Assembly (NCBI GenBank): GCA_032718475.1
Contig: JAUCBJ010008464.1
Location: 62,001-126,000, forward strand
Reading direction: 5' to 3'
Length of the DNA: 64,000 nucleotides
Origin: Nemertoderma westbladi
Taxonomy: Eukaryota > Animalia > Xenacoelomorpha
Shown: piece after piece, positions 1 to 12,400 of the stretch
Position numbering within the stretch: the stretch's first letter is position 1
Layout of the letters: each line of letters begins with the position of its first letter
Made by a program: the position numbers and the translations under genes
The notes under the pieces: model-generated
Database searches by the model: none
What the model was told of the DNA's origin: nothing
Seen by the model: the letters and a program-made list of their open reading frames with translations, nothing else

Positions 1-302
1 TTGGTTCCCACAAGCTTGATACTAGAATAAAATCGCCTGCGCTTTGCAGGACATTGCTTTCGCCGTGAGGATCAGCCAGTGCATAATCTTGTACTTTGGC
101 AGCCTCATGGAGTGAATAAGCATGGTCGACAGCCCATGACTTTCTTGAGACGCATCTTAAAGGACACTGGCCTTGAAGATGAGGATGATCTAGCAAATGT
201 CATGGGTGATAGGGAGTTGTGGCGGTGCAATTTTGTCGATAAGCCGGCACAGCATTCTTAAGAATGCAGCTGCAATGCAGCATGCCGATCCTAGTAGTAG
301 TA
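1..302 (+). mobile_element. 3' end of an RTE-type non-LTR retrotransposon with (TAG)n tail
   Basis: Translates as NRLRFAGHCFRREDQPVHNLVLWQP..., the typical RTE C-terminal motif; near-identical inverted copy at 45238-45830; ends CTAGTAGTAGTA. Confidence 0.85.
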
Positions 303-746
303 TGCAATAATTATTGATTGTACCAAATAATAGCAAATAGTTCGGACACTGTTTTTCGAGAGCAAACCGTATTTTTTATCTTTTGTAAAACAAAGCAAAT
401 TCCTTACAATTTGTCATTTTTAGTTTATTTAATTGGAAATTTACATTTTTTACATACATACAGTACTGTACATGGCAAAATACCACAATGACAATTCTAC
501 TGACAGAAAGCTGGAATTGAAAAACAAAGTATGTTTTCAGTATCGTAGCGTCTTGGACCACGGGATTGTGTTCCTGGTGGGGACTACTGTATATCTCATT
601 GATCTGTTTCCTCTTCCACATTGGAGTTAAGTTTAAATATGAAGCGAGTTTGAAAGCTGTCGTTCGCGGCGAATACATGCTAAAATCGAGTTATATTGGT
701 GTTGTAAGGGTCTAAGCCACGATTCTAAGTAAAACAAATTCCTTTT

Positions 747-790
747 TATCATATGGCCATTTCGTGTATTAACACCCGTCTTCAGTGATA
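747..790 (-). ncRNA. Minimal type I hammerhead ribozyme of the Penelope-like element
   Basis: Minus strand TATCA-CTGAAGA-cgggtgttaatacac-GAAAT-GGCC-ATA-TGATA: helix I TATCA/TGATA, conserved core, palindromic helix III ATGGCCAT; helix II imperfect. Confidence 0.7.
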
Positions 791-2660
791 TAAATATATA
801 TTAAAATGTTTACATAATTTACATATTAAAATAAGTACGTACGCGGTTAAATTTAATTGAATAATACTGTAAAAGATTAATTTATACGAGGCTATCGTAC
901 AGTACATGCCTGGTTATTTTCGGATGAACAATCGATAAAATGCGAAGTGTGAATAAAATATGAGCAGTGGTAAAAATAGAGATTAGGCTGACATGGAGGA
1001 TAAGTTAAATTAAAATAGGTAAGGAAAATAAAGTTAAATATATAATAATGTGATACTTTTCGGATGAACATTCGATAAAATGCGAAGATACAATTAATTA
1101 AGTTAAAATAATTAAAAATAAATAAAAAGATTTACGGCAATTCAGGTATGGACGGCTAGGAAGGTACAATTAAAAAAATGAAATAAAGTGAAATGAAATA
1201 AAATAATTTAAAACATGAGCAGACAATCGATAAAATTCATAAAATGAGATAAAGTTGATAGATGACACCACAATGCTGGAATAAATTACTGCAGGTCTAG
1301 CAGCTGTTGAAACAAGCCGCAAACAATAATAAAATATATAATATAATATAACACCACCATTGAAGTTACGCTATTGTTATACAAAGTGAATCGAGTTACA
1401 AAAAGCAGAATGATTAGTATAATGGTGGAATAACTTTGTTGAGGGGAGGGCGGTGTAAATTAATAAGGATGGCTTCGGTGTGAATACGCCGGTGGTGATT
1501 ACGAAATTGATGTACGCACGTAACAGTATATTTCCGACAATGGGCGAAGTTGCTGGTCACCACGTTCGGTTTGTTGGGTTTAGGAGGGGCATTTAGGGAC
1601 TTCCGATATTCTTGGATATTCTCCCGGTGCTTGTTGAGTCGTTTGTGGAGGTGCTGCTCAGTTTGGCCGAGGTAGAACTGGTGTTCCTTTCAAGTTAATA
1701 TGTACAAAACGTTATGTGACTTACAGTTGAACCGGCCTCGAATACGGTCTCCCCATCATGGTGTGTGTGAGAGGTCGTTAATCACTGGGCATGTTAGACA
1801 CCGAGATTGACCACATGGGTGGTTGCCAAATGCTAGGGTTGGTTCTCGTTTTCGTATAAGTAATTTACCCAAACTACAGTAGGTTCGTTACGTGGTACAG
1901 TTTTTATCGAAAGCCCGTGGGCGTGAAGGCGTTTGTTATGCCTACTGGTAACCGCGTTGATTGTGGGAAGAAATTGTGGCGTGGTTGGTAAATACACTAT
2001 TTGTTCGCTAGGTGGCGCAGGTAGTATTTTAGGCTGTTTAATTTGGGGGAGGGCAGGTGATGGGTCCCAAGCGTACATAGTTAGAAGGAAGTTAAGGGGA
2101 TAGCCACGCAATTTACATTTGTCCAAGTATTGGTGCCTATAGACCCTAAAAACTGAATGCGAGTCAGTCAAACGCCGAATTCGAAGTACTTCAGATTTCA
2201 CAATAGCCAGGAGGGCAGGTTTATGGTGGAAGCTGGCGTATGCTATCGGGAGTTTGTTAGACATAGGTTTTCGGTATAGGTGAGTGGAAAGGTCACGCCC
2301 TTTGGCTTGGATAGTAATGTCTAAATAATTGATTGATTTTCTTGATGAATTAAATGTAAATTGTATCGCATTGCAGCCATACAGGTGGCTACATGATGTA
2401 TTGAAAGCGGTTGCTACATTGTTCAATTCTGCTTCCGTCATCCAGAAGTTAAATATGCCAAGGCTGTCGTCTACTAATGTCCGGAAGTAATATGGCGTGT
2501 ACAGTGAGGTGTTAATAGCCCGTTTAATGACGCGGTAGGAGGTTAATACTGCATAGTCACCGCTGTGACTCCCGCCCATGGGCGCGCCTGCTACCTGTAA
2601 GTAAAATCCCTCCTTATATTTGAAGTAGTTATTTAATGAATACATATTATTCTAGAAAGT
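747..2660 (-). mobile_element. Penelope-like element (Neptune-like), 5'-truncated and degenerate: RT C-terminal half, Cys-rich linker, GIY-YIG endonuclease, 3' region with hammerhead
   Basis: ORF 1833-2645 has GAPMGG, LVDD, YLDI, LYRKP and RGYP motifs of PLE RT; shifted frame ~1414-1830 reads PCGQSRCLTCP...CKSHNVLYILT*KEHQFYLGQT...RLNKH...E...PLN (GIY-YIG). Confidence 0.88.
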
Positions 2661-2903
2661 TAAATATTAATCCAGAATACAGAATCAGAATACTGAACTG
2701 TGTACCGACTGTTGTAGAAACCACTGTAACCCCGTATGCCTGGCCCAGGATGTTAATTAATAATAATAAGTTAAGTGTTGTGTGGGGTGAGTGACGCGGT
2801 GAATTAAATATAATATAATCAATGTAAATAGGACAATATGATAATGGTCTCCTTATCGAAAAATATCAAATACTTAATCACAGTTGATATATATTTCTTA
2901 TTA

Positions 2904-3527
2904 TTAATTAACTAAGTAGATATTATCACACAATGAGCAAATGGCAATAACGGCAGCGGAATTATTGAGGAACATCTCATCCTGATGGAATTGGAGAGAG
3001 CCGGTGCAGCCTGTCTCCGAATGCACTGTGTACACAGTTGCTAGACTACGGTTCACTAACTCCAAGGTAACTAGAGTCTCCCCGAAGCGTAGTCCGCAGT
3101 TATTGCACAGAATAGTTGAAGTCGTCTGGGTCAACGGAAACACCCTACAGACGGGACACCGTACGACGCCATCGCTGTTATCGGCGGATAATAAAGATGA
3201 GTTTATTATACGCTCCTCTTCCTCCAAGAACTCCTCTATTATATTGTTTTCTTCCGGAGTTAGTTGATAATCCTCGTCTAAACTCGGGGACCACTCTGTG
3301 GGGGAGAAGAGCTGACAGCGTAGATTCCGCACTTCGACGTCGACAATCCGCCGGATTCGGTCCGGACTCGGCGGGGTGTAACCGCCCCGGAAGTCTTCCA
3401 CTCGGGCGCGTCGGGCTGCGTGGATTCGCCTCGCGCAAACTCGTCGCAACTCGCTCCGCCATTTGTGAACCCCACCACCGCGACGGTTGCTATATAAAGT
3501 TTTATGTTTATCGTCTAAGTTTTCCAT
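2904..3527 (-). CDS. RPAIN: RPA-interacting protein (RIP/RPAIN family), single exon
   Basis: 207 aa with N-terminal H-x-x-LY...W...R..C..R...R motif, acidic middle (EEFLEEEE) and C-terminal Zn fingers CPVC, CNNCG, H...C, CSLCD; recognised from family pattern only. Confidence 0.8.
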   Translation of the reverse strand: MENLDDKHKTLYSNRRGGGVHKWRSELRRVCARRIHAARRARVEDFRGGYTPPSPDRIRRIVDVEVRNLRCQLFSPTEWSPSLDEDYQLTPEENNIIEEFLEEEERIINSSLLSADNSDGVVRCPVCRVFPLTQTTSTILCNNCGLRFGETLVTLELVNRSLATVYTVHSETGCTGSLQFHQDEMFLNNSAAVIAICSLCDNIYLVN

Positions 3528-3630
3528 AATCGAATAATGCGTAGGCCTTCTTGGTTTTGTTTGCTTACGGCATGATGCAGCAGTGGGAGTGGGACCAGTA
3601 ACAGTAACTAAACGGTAACAGTAGGCCTAC

Positions 3631-3978
3631 TGTCACAACTGTATTATAATTTATGCACCACCTAGCGGCCAGTATCGGAATAACAATTACAATACATTAT
3701 CTTTCATTTACTGGTAGATGGCTCATTCAATTACATGTATAAAAGTAGCCAGAAGTCTTTATAACAGTTGGTACCGGTAGAGAATATTAAGATTATTATT
3801 AATTATCTTTAGAACACATAACTAACTTCAATTATAAAATACTGATAACTGATTACCAATGATACTGAAAACCTTTTTAATTTTATATATTATCTCTATT
3901 ATAATACGACGCTCCCTCACCCAGACTCTATCCGTACCCGCCGCAGTCACTTCAGCTGTCTCCTGGAGTGGTCTGACA
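3631..3978 (+). repeat. Putative Gypsy 5' LTR (~348 bp)
   Basis: TGTCA...TGACA termini, TATAAAA near 3738, ends directly before the PBS; left boundary inferred because no second LTR is available. Confidence 0.65.
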
Positions 3979-3996
3979 TGGAGGTCCCACCGAGAT
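3979..3996 (+). promoter_or_regulatory. Primer-binding site complementary to the tRNA-Gln 3' end
   Basis: TGGAGGTCCCACCGAGAT is the reverse complement of ATCTCGGTGGGACCTCCA; follows the LTR-terminal CA. Confidence 0.85.
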
Positions 3997-4113
3997 GAAC
4001 TCATAGATCGACACTGAGATCGAGAGAAAATCAATCTGATAACGACACTGGCCACACATCCAGTTGATCCGACTGAGAACAAGCTACAGTATACGATAAA
4101 ATACTTTCTCACA

Positions 4114-5910
4114 ATGGCTTACGGAGGATTAGAAGAAGATCTGTTACTAGGAGACACAGATACCCCAACTGTATCGTTTAGAGAACAACCTATTTCTGGT
4201 GAGCGTCTAGGTCGTAGACTATTTTCTGATCCAGGTACAGTACATGCGAATTCTATAGTAAATAGAATTAATGATAACAATAATACTCACATATTTGTAC
4301 AACAAAGTAAATATAGTGGTGATAAAACTCTCCCAGGGGATACTGATGTACCACCCGTGGACGTATGGTTAGGAAGTTTTGAGCGGGCCGCAATAGCAAA
4401 CAATTGGTCGTTAGGTAAATGTACAACAGTTTTACCAGGATATTTAGAGGGAAAAGCGGGCAGATGGTACGACCAAAATATCGGGCGTTTGGAGTTACTT
4501 CCCTTCCAGGAACTTAAACAACAATTGTTGTTACGTTTTAGCCATGGTGAGAGTCAAACTTATTATTATACAATTTTTTCAGCTATGAAACAGGAAACGG
4601 ATGAGAGTGTAGACGATTTTTATGAAAGACTTATGCAAGTGGCAAAGCGTGCATTAAGTACTAGTAATAGTAGAGATATGCGAATTCGAGTGAGGGATAG
4701 ATTTTTACATGGTTTACAGAAGGTAATTTTATCTAGAGTGAGTGAGAAAGTCAAAGCAACGGATGACTTAGATTCTGTGGCTGCTATAGCGCGGCACATA
4801 GAGCAAAGTGTGAGGCTTGAAAACCCAAACTTGTCCTTGCCACTGACTCGAGCAGATTTGGACCAGGTATTCAATCCCAATACAGTAGTAAGCAGTTATA
4901 GAGAACCTAATAGAGATCAAGCTAATAAGGATAGTAATTCCCAGTCTTTAACTCACCGACTTGCAAATTTAGAAACGGCTGTTGACAAACTTGTAACTGC
5001 ACTAGACCGGCAAACAGTAGGTCCCTTAGCACAAAATAATAAGGCAACTATCGTTTTTGACATTTGTTTTAAAGCTGGCCATAAAACTATCGATTGCTTT
5101 CGGCATCCAAACCGGCAAAATCAACATTTATCTTATTATCCACCACCGCCAAGATTTAACCGTTTTAATGGCCACAGTAGTAATCCAAGTGGGGTAAACA
5201 GGGGACAAAGTAATTTTCAACAGAGTAGAACTTGGCGACAACAAAATTACAACGGCCATCCGCAGCAACACCAGCTATATAATAGTTATTCTCCTGTTGA
5301 TTCATCACGCAATGAGTATTATCAATCTGAATCTAGACCTTATTATAACAGAAATACCGATAGAAATATATCACACCAAAATAATGGTAATAATAGGAAT
5401 TATACAGTACACCCCAGTGATAATACAATAAGAAACACAGCTCCAATACATAATCAAAATACATCACCAGTTGGTAATCCTACATTTTTCCCAAGCAACA
5501 GGCATCCCCCACCGTCATCTTTCAATAATAAGAGTGTAATAGTGAATTTTACTGAAACACCCCCTCATGATATGTTCCTTGACGTAATTTTAGAGGGCCG
5601 TTATATTGAGTCAGGTGTCGTAGATACAGGCGCCCAAACTACTATGATTAGCGAACGATTGCTAAATAAAGTACAACCGGGTACAGTAATTGAACCAATT
5701 GGAATATATCTACGGGATTTTGCGGGAACGACCATCCCTATTTTAGGTGCGGTTTGGTTAAACATTGAAGCGGGAGGGCGTACAGCATTGGTTCGTGCTT
5801 TAGTTGCCAAAGAGTTAGAGTGTAATTCTGGAATTATTTTGGGCTTGAGAACATTAGGTGCATTACGTGTATTAACTGCAGTGAGAGAAAAGTATTTCAG
5901 GAAGCAGTAA
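4114..5910 (+). CDS. gag: Gypsy Gag-protease
   Basis: Capsid motifs (YLEGKAGRWY, QETDESVDDF), degenerate Zn knuckle (FDICFKAGHKTIDC), aspartic protease VVDTGA. Confidence 0.85.
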   Translation: MAYGGLEEDLLLGDTDTPTVSFREQPISGERLGRRLFSDPGTVHANSIVNRINDNNNTHIFVQQSKYSGDKTLPGDTDVPPVDVWLGSFERAAIANNWSLGKCTTVLPGYLEGKAGRWYDQNIGRLELLPFQELKQQLLLRFSHGESQTYYYTIFSAMKQETDESVDDFYERLMQVAKRALSTSNSRDMRIRVRDRFLHGLQKVILSRVSEKVKATDDLDSVAAIARHIEQSVRLENPNLSLPLTRADLDQVFNPNTVVSSYREPNRDQANKDSNSQSLTHRLANLETAVDKLVTALDRQTVGPLAQNNKATIVFDICFKAGHKTIDCFRHPNRQNQHLSYYPPPPRFNRFNGHSSNPSGVNRGQSNFQQSRTWRQQNYNGHPQQHQLYNSYSPVDSSRNEYYQSESRPYYNRNTDRNISHQNNGNNRNYTVHPSDNTIRNTAPIHNQNTSPVGNPTFFPSNRHPPPSSFNNKSVIVNFTETPPHDMFLDVILEGRYIESGVVDTGAQTTMISERLLNKVQPGTVIEPIGIYLRDFAGTTIPILGAVWLNIEAGGRTALVRALVAKELECNSGIILGLRTLGALRVLTAVREKYFRKQ

Positions 5911-8900
5911 TTCAATTAGAAGAGACAGAACCTATTATTGCCCAGGAAATTAATTCACCACCTTTACTTAGTAATACAAACCCCTTTTCACCCAATTATG
6001 TTAATTCTCCATCAACAAACGCTAAAGTAGTTGCACAAGAAAATAGTGAGCCTAATACAAGCACGAGCAGTGAACATAAAAATAATACTACCAAGCATTT
6101 ACACGTCTTCCGTGTTGTCGCCGATCGAAATATTTTAATTCCACCAAACCACGAAGCTATAGTACATGGTCGACCAGTTGGTGTGGCATTAGGATGTAGG
6201 CCTAAGTCTAAGTCTAATGTAGTGGTAGGCTTATTTGAACCGAATGCAACTGGCTTAGGTAAGAATGGCTTAATAGGAGCTCGTACACTAAATACAGTAG
6301 ACCTGGGTCTTATTTTGTGTCGCATTATGAATCCCAGTCGAATAGGTGATCTTGAGCCACATACTGAAATAATAAATACTGCTACACCGAATGTAAATAA
6401 ATTAGACTCACCAACTGACCCTGATGCGGACATAATATCTAAATTCCCTACTTTAGAAGACGACACACACACTAGAGCTTTACATGACATCCTACTTAAG
6501 CACTACAATGTAATATCTAATAACGATTACGATGTAGGATATTGTGACTTAATTTCGAATGAAATTGATGCTGATGGGCCTCCCATTCGTCAGAGACCGT
6601 ACCGTATACCATACAAACACCGTGATTTCGTTGATTAAACCATTAAGACGATGAGAAAACGTGATTGAAGAAAGCTCTAGCCCATGGGCGAGTCCAGTAG
6701 TAATTGCACAAAAACCCGATGGAGGATTGCGATTTTGTGTTGACTACAGACGGCTAAACGCTCAAACTCGTATTCCTTTACACCCTTTGCCTAGAATAGA
6801 TGAAGTGATTGATCAATTAGGTGGTAATGCATATTTTACCACTCTTGACTTAACGTGCGGTTATTGGCATGTTCCAATAGCAGACAGAGATCGTGATAAA
6901 ACTAATTTCATCACAAACAGCGCCCAATGGAATTTCCGTCGCATGCCTTTTGGTTTGGCAGGAGCACCCAGTACATTTCAACGACTAATGTCAAAAGTTA
7001 TAGGTAGATTAAGTAATAAAATTTGCCTCGTTTACTTAGATGACGTCATTATTTATTCGGAAACATTTAAACAACATTTACATGACATTGATAGTGTACT
7101 AGAGTGTATCGAAGCTGCAGGTTTAAAGCTAAAGCTACGAAAATGTACATTTGCTGCAGAAAAGGTTACATATTTAGGTCATGAAATAACTGCGCAGGGA
7201 ATAAAACCAGCTGTTAGGAATCTGCGAGCAGTAAGTGAGTTTCCACGGCCAACCGCAATAACTCAGGTTCGTCAATTTTTAGGACTTGCTTCATTTTACC
7301 GTAAGTTCATAAAGGATTTTGCGAAAATAGCTTCGCCGTTAGCACAGCTGTTACAGAAAAATGCAGTATTCAGTTGGACAGCTGATAAGGAACAAGCATT
7401 TCAGACATTAAAAACGAAATTAACGAATCCACCTGTACTTGGTTTTCCTATTCTACCATCTACTGACTCAGAACCTTACTGTATTTCGACTTATCGGTTG
7501 ATGACAGACGCCTCTATAGTTGGCTTAGGCGCCGTTCTAGAACAATTTCAAGGTGGTAAATATGTAGTTATAGGCTACGCAAGTAGATCTGTAAAACCAG
7601 CCGAGAAGAATTACAATATTACTGAATTGGAGGGTCTTGGAGTTGTCTGGGGTGTACATTACTTCAGACACTACTTGATTGGTACGAAATTCAAAATTAT
7701 CACTGATCATTCTGCTTTGAAGCACATATTAGCAGTAAAAGAACCAACCGGACGGATAGCGCGATGGTGCTTAGCCTTGCAGCAGTACGATTTTGAAGTT
7801 GAACACCGGCCTGGAAAGCATCATTTTGCCCCCGATGCTTTGAGCAGAAATCCAGTATCAGCTTTTCAACCAGATAGCGACATCGATAACATACAAGTTG
7901 GTCCGGATATAAATATCATAAATAACAGGGAAATTATAAAACCTGACTCTAACCCCATTACTGTAAATGTTATACGTGCTGGGCATGAAACTGAAAGGCG
8001 ACCAAAGGAAAACAATAATTGTAAGAGTGCATGGCTATTAGCCATCGCAACCGATCCCACATTGGAAGCAATCCAGCGCGTGAAACTCAACGAGCAAGGT
8101 CCAGCATTGTCTGATATTAATTTCGTAGCTTTGAAGCGCTTAGCTACTTTAGTCTCTATTGACCAGTTAGGTTTTATGTACTATATTGGGCGTCGAGGTG
8201 AGCAAAATCTACAAGTAGTACCTAAACAGTTTCAGCAAGAAATAATTCGCACTTTTCACGATCAACCGTGTGGTGGACATTATGCGTTTAATAAAACTTA
8301 TTATAAGGTTAGAAACAAATATTGGTGGATTACGATGCGAAAAGATATATTTAAGCACTGTCAAACTTGCTTACCGTGTCAGTTGGCCAAAAGACCGCGA
8401 TTAAAAATTGTGTCTCCACTGCACCCATTACCAATAGTAGGAAACCCTTTTGATAGGTGTGAACTAGATCTACTTTGACCCTTTCATTCTTCTGCTTCCG
8501 GTAACCGTTTTATTTTACTGTTTACGGATAGTTTAACTAAGTGGCCGGAGGGCGTGGCAACCGCTAACAAAAGTGCAAATACAGTAGCTAAGGCATTTAT
8601 AGACTTGGTGGTCAGTCGCCACGGTGCACCACGCGTATTACTTACCGACCAGGATTCGAATTTTTTATCTCGAATGTTCCAAAGTGTCACGCAAATGCTT
8701 GGAGTTGACCAAAAATCCGCAGTGATTTATCATCCACAAACCTTAGGGTTGGTAGAGCGATTAAATCAAACTCTAGTAACCATGCTGTCTATCTATACCG
8801 ATTCTGACCAATTACACTGGGATGAGTGTCTCCCAGCTGTACTTTTTGCGTATCGCACTTCTATACATTCAACTGTCAATCAAACTCCATTTTTCCTTAC

Positions 8901-9434
8901 CTACGGTCGTGAAGCAACATTACCTTCAGACGCTGTTTTACTTAAAGCGACCGACAATGCTAGTTTAGATGACTACAGTATACTAGACGACTAGCGAAAA
9001 CAGTTTTGATCAGTAGGAAAAATGCAGAGTCATTACAAAAACAAGCTCAATCTAGATTCATTCGGAATTATAATAACAGTCACAACATAGTTGTACCGCA
9101 ATATAAAGTAGGAAACTACGTATTCATAGAAGAAAGGGAATGTCCCGTTGGCTTGTCACGAAAGCTCAGAGCAAAATATCTTGGGCCTTACAGGGTACAG
9201 GCAATTGAAGGTGAAAATTTACGGTTAACTAGGCCAGGTCGTAAAAGTGTAAGCACCCTTATTCACCCCAACATGGTAAAACCTGCGCGTTTACGCTACA
9301 GTCTGTCTGATACCAGCCCCGCTATTGAATCAGATGACAACCCAAACATTATAACAAACTATCTAAGCCCACAAGGAAATTCTACAGTTTCTAGTGTGGA
9401 ATTATCTCTAGTAGACGAAAGTGAATTATCATGA
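5911..9434 (+). pseudogene. pol: Gypsy pol (RT, RNase H, integrase), interrupted
   Basis: SPWASP, VDYRRLN, YLDD, TDAS, TDH, HHCC zinc finger, TDQDSNF, GLVER; stops at 6638, 8478, 8994. Confidence 0.92.
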
Positions 9435-9836
9435 AAATTGAAATGTAACATTTAATAATCATGAGAAACATTGTTATCATTAATCATGTAACCTCGTGTA
9501 ATCATATAATCATTAATCATGTAACTTTAATTTTAATCGTGTATTATGTTATTTTATGACTTATAAATGAAGCCAATTGTAAGAAGTTATAAAGGACTCA
9601 TAACTGTGTAATGTTTTAACGTTATACTGTAGAAATATCGGTATTGAAATAGTGAATTAGACCTACAGTAGCCTAGTTGTTATCCACATGTCATTATTTT
9701 ACATTTATATTCTAGTTGCTCTGAATACCCATTTATCATAAAATAGTGTCACATATTTTCTATTTTAGTTATCCATTAAGTATACTGTGCTACAGTGCAT
9801 GATTAATATTATAATACTATTGATATAATGTCATTA

Positions 9837-10190
9837 TCCCTGCAAACCACCAACGTTAATCTAACGTTGGGTTTATGTTAGACATTCGTTAAAAAATGAC
9901 AGTTAGAATTTAACCATAAACCTACGTTAAAATACGTTAGAATTCTGTCAATTTTTAACGTTAATTTTTTACAGTAATTATACGTCAAAAATTTACAAAT
10001 ATCGGACAATACCATATTTTTTAACGTTACTTTAACGTTAATTTTTAACGTTAATTTTTTACAGTAATTATACGTTAAAAATCAACAGAGATCTGACATT
10101 TCCAAATTTTTTAACGTTGATTTAACGTTAATTTTTAACGTTCATTATTAACGTTAATTTAGCATTAAAATACATCAGATTTTAACGATG
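9837..10190. repeat. AACGTT-rich subterminal repeat block, probable end of a non-autonomous DNA transposon
   Basis: Starts CCCTGCAAAC; many TTAACGTTAA palindromes and a ~90-bp duplication; partner end not found. Confidence 0.4.
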
Positions 10191-10508
10191 ATTAGTGAAT
10201 CACTTAACTGATTCATCAATGGATAACATATCTATGTCTAGCTGACCATCCGCTGACTTTGTTCATTTCTTATTTTGTTAAATTTTTATGATACTTGTGT
10301 AATTTTTTAAATATTATTTTTAAATATTTGCCTTACTAGTCAGCATCTGTGTACCAGTACCAAGCGTACAGTATAAAAGTACAGTAAGTAAGCGTACGGT
10401 AGAAAAAGGGTGGAAAGAAGGATCTAGACGATGCTAGTGGGGCTGCAGCCGATAGCGAAGATGAATGAATATTATATATCGATAAAAACTTGGCCCTAAT
10501 TACGTTAC

Positions 10509-11180
10509 GGATAACTTTATGAAACTGGATGTACGTTTCGGTTAACTTTATGAAACTGGATGTACGTTTCGGTTAACTTTATGAAACTGGATGTACGTTT
10601 CGGTTAACTTTATGAAAGTGGATGTACGTTTCGGTTAACTTTATGAAACTGGATGTACGTTTCGGTTAACTTTATGAAAGTGGATGTACGTTTCGGTTAA
10701 CTTTATGAAACTGGATGTACGTTTCGGTTAACTTTATGAAAGTGGATGTACGTTTCGGTTAACTTTATGAAAGTGGATGTACGTTTCGGTTAACTTTATG
10801 AAAGTGGATGTACGTTTCGGTTAACTTTATGAAACTGGATGTACGTTTCGGTTAACTTTATGAAAGTGGATGTACGTTTCGGTTAACTTTATGAAACTGG
10901 ATGTACGTTTCGGTTAACTTTATGAAACTGGATGTACGTTTCGGTTAACTTTATGAAAGTGGATGTACGTTTCGGTTAACTTTATGAAACTGGATGTACG
11001 TTTCGGTTAACTTTATGAAACTGGATGTACGTTTCGGTTAACTTTATGAAACTGGATGTACGTTTCGGTTAACTTTATGAAAGTGGATGTACGTTTCGGT
11101 TAACTTTATGAAACTGGATGTACGTTTCGGTTAACTTTATGAAACTGGATGTACGTTTCGGTTAACTTTATGAAACGGAT
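10509..11180. repeat. 31-bp minisatellite, ~21.6 copies
   Basis: Unit GGTTAACTTTATGAAA(C/G)TGGATGTACGTTTC head-to-tail without spacers. Confidence 0.97.
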
Positions 11181-11688
11181 GAGTCCGGTAGCAACCTACG
11201 GGTCTCTGAACTATAGATCTAAGCCTCCCATTGATAAATAAAAATTCCACAAATTTCTAATTCCGAATTCCAAAAATTCCACATTTCTAAAGCCTACTTT
11301 ATAGTGTTATAGAAATTAAATTCAGAATTTCATACAAGAAAAAATCATACATAATTATTGATTTTTTCATTGATCAATTACACGAGATTATGAATTTAAG
11401 CTTATGGTTTTAACACTTGAATTTGTTCAAAATTACATTTCACTGTATGTAACTGGCAATTTGAAAATCTATCGTAATGTGATAATAACGTGTATTATTA
11501 ATATTATATCTAATACATAATTAAAATATATACATAATTATTATATGTAATATTGATTAATCATAAGTAATGTGTTAATTGTGAGTTAATACAATATAAT
11601 TTTGTCAATATTAAGTGGCAAAGTTGTCTTCGGCCGTTAGGCCAGGGAAAACATTACGCACAAAGTCTGACGACTTGTTTCCAGATAA

Positions 11689-12202
11689 GGGGGCGTTCAT
11701 AAAGTATGTCACGCACTAGGGGAGGGGGGGGGGGGTAGAGCTTTCGTGACATTTTGTGACAGGTGGGAGGGGGGTGTCGACCTTTGTGACGGTCACGGCG
11801 ATGCTCTACGGTATGCTTTAATGTTAGATTGACTTTGACTAACACATTTGTAGATGAGTGGGAAACTTTAAGGAAAAAACAATAAACTCAATAACATTGA
11901 ATTTAATCCCTAACATTAACAGGGCACCCCTGTCTAGTCTGCCTTGTACATGTACAGTATTGTAGTTTGAAGCTGCTAAAGTATGTATAGGCTTTTAGTA
12001 AGAACTACTTCAGTCAAAATGTTTCACTTTCTATTGTGCTTTCTAACTGTTATTAAATTACTGAAATAAAATATTTTTCGTCTAGGGGGGGGGGGGGGGT
12101 TATAAATTTACGAAAATAGGTTTTTTGTGACAGAAGGGGGGGGGGGGGGGGGGGGGGTCAAAAAAATGGAAAATTTGCGTGACATACTTTATGAACGCCA
12201 CC
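11689..12202. mobile_element. PIF/Harbinger (Tourist-like) MITE
   Basis: 26-bp TIRs GGGGGCGTTCATAAAGTATGTCACGC (1 mismatch), TAA on both sides, internal poly-G runs. Confidence 0.85.
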
Positions 12203-12229
12203 TAATTCCACCATATTTTTATTCACCAG

Positions 12230-12400
12230 AGGATACTCCAGTACCCATTAAAGGACGCCCTTGAGAAATGCGCCCTAGCTCGTCCCTTTAAAGCGTTCGT
12301 CCTGAAACGAAAACTCTCCCGACCCCTTTGCGGGGATCGAACCCATGACCTCTGGAGAGATGTTAATTAAAGGCAACGGATTAACACTACACAAACTACA
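12230..12400 (-). mobile_element. tRNA-derived SINE remnant
   Basis: Minus strand has B box GGTTCGATCC in an AGAGGTCATGGGTTCGATCCCC context and a downstream AATGGGTAC SINE-core-like motif. Confidence 0.5.

Larger units (their letters stand above)
3631..9434 (+). mobile_element. Ty3/Gypsy LTR retrotransposon, degenerate, 3' LTR not found
   Basis: 5' LTR, PBS, gag-PR, then RT-RNaseH-IN order; several stops and frameshifts. Confidence 0.93.

Noticed and set aside
915-1090. Repeated TTTTCGGATGAACA.TCGATAAAATGCGAAG as extra hammerheads
   Set aside because: Lacks the CTGANGA/GAAA core and helices; treated as a short direct repeat
3004-3529. Overlapping ORFs across RPAIN
   Set aside because: GC-rich shadow frames without motifs
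9740-9760. TGTCAC as the start of a Gypsy 3' LTR
   Set aside because: Following sequence does not match 3631-3978 and there is no PPT
10509-11180. CRISPR-like array of ~30-bp repeats
   Set aside because: Units are head-to-tail with no unique spacers, there are no cas genes, and the context is eukaryotic
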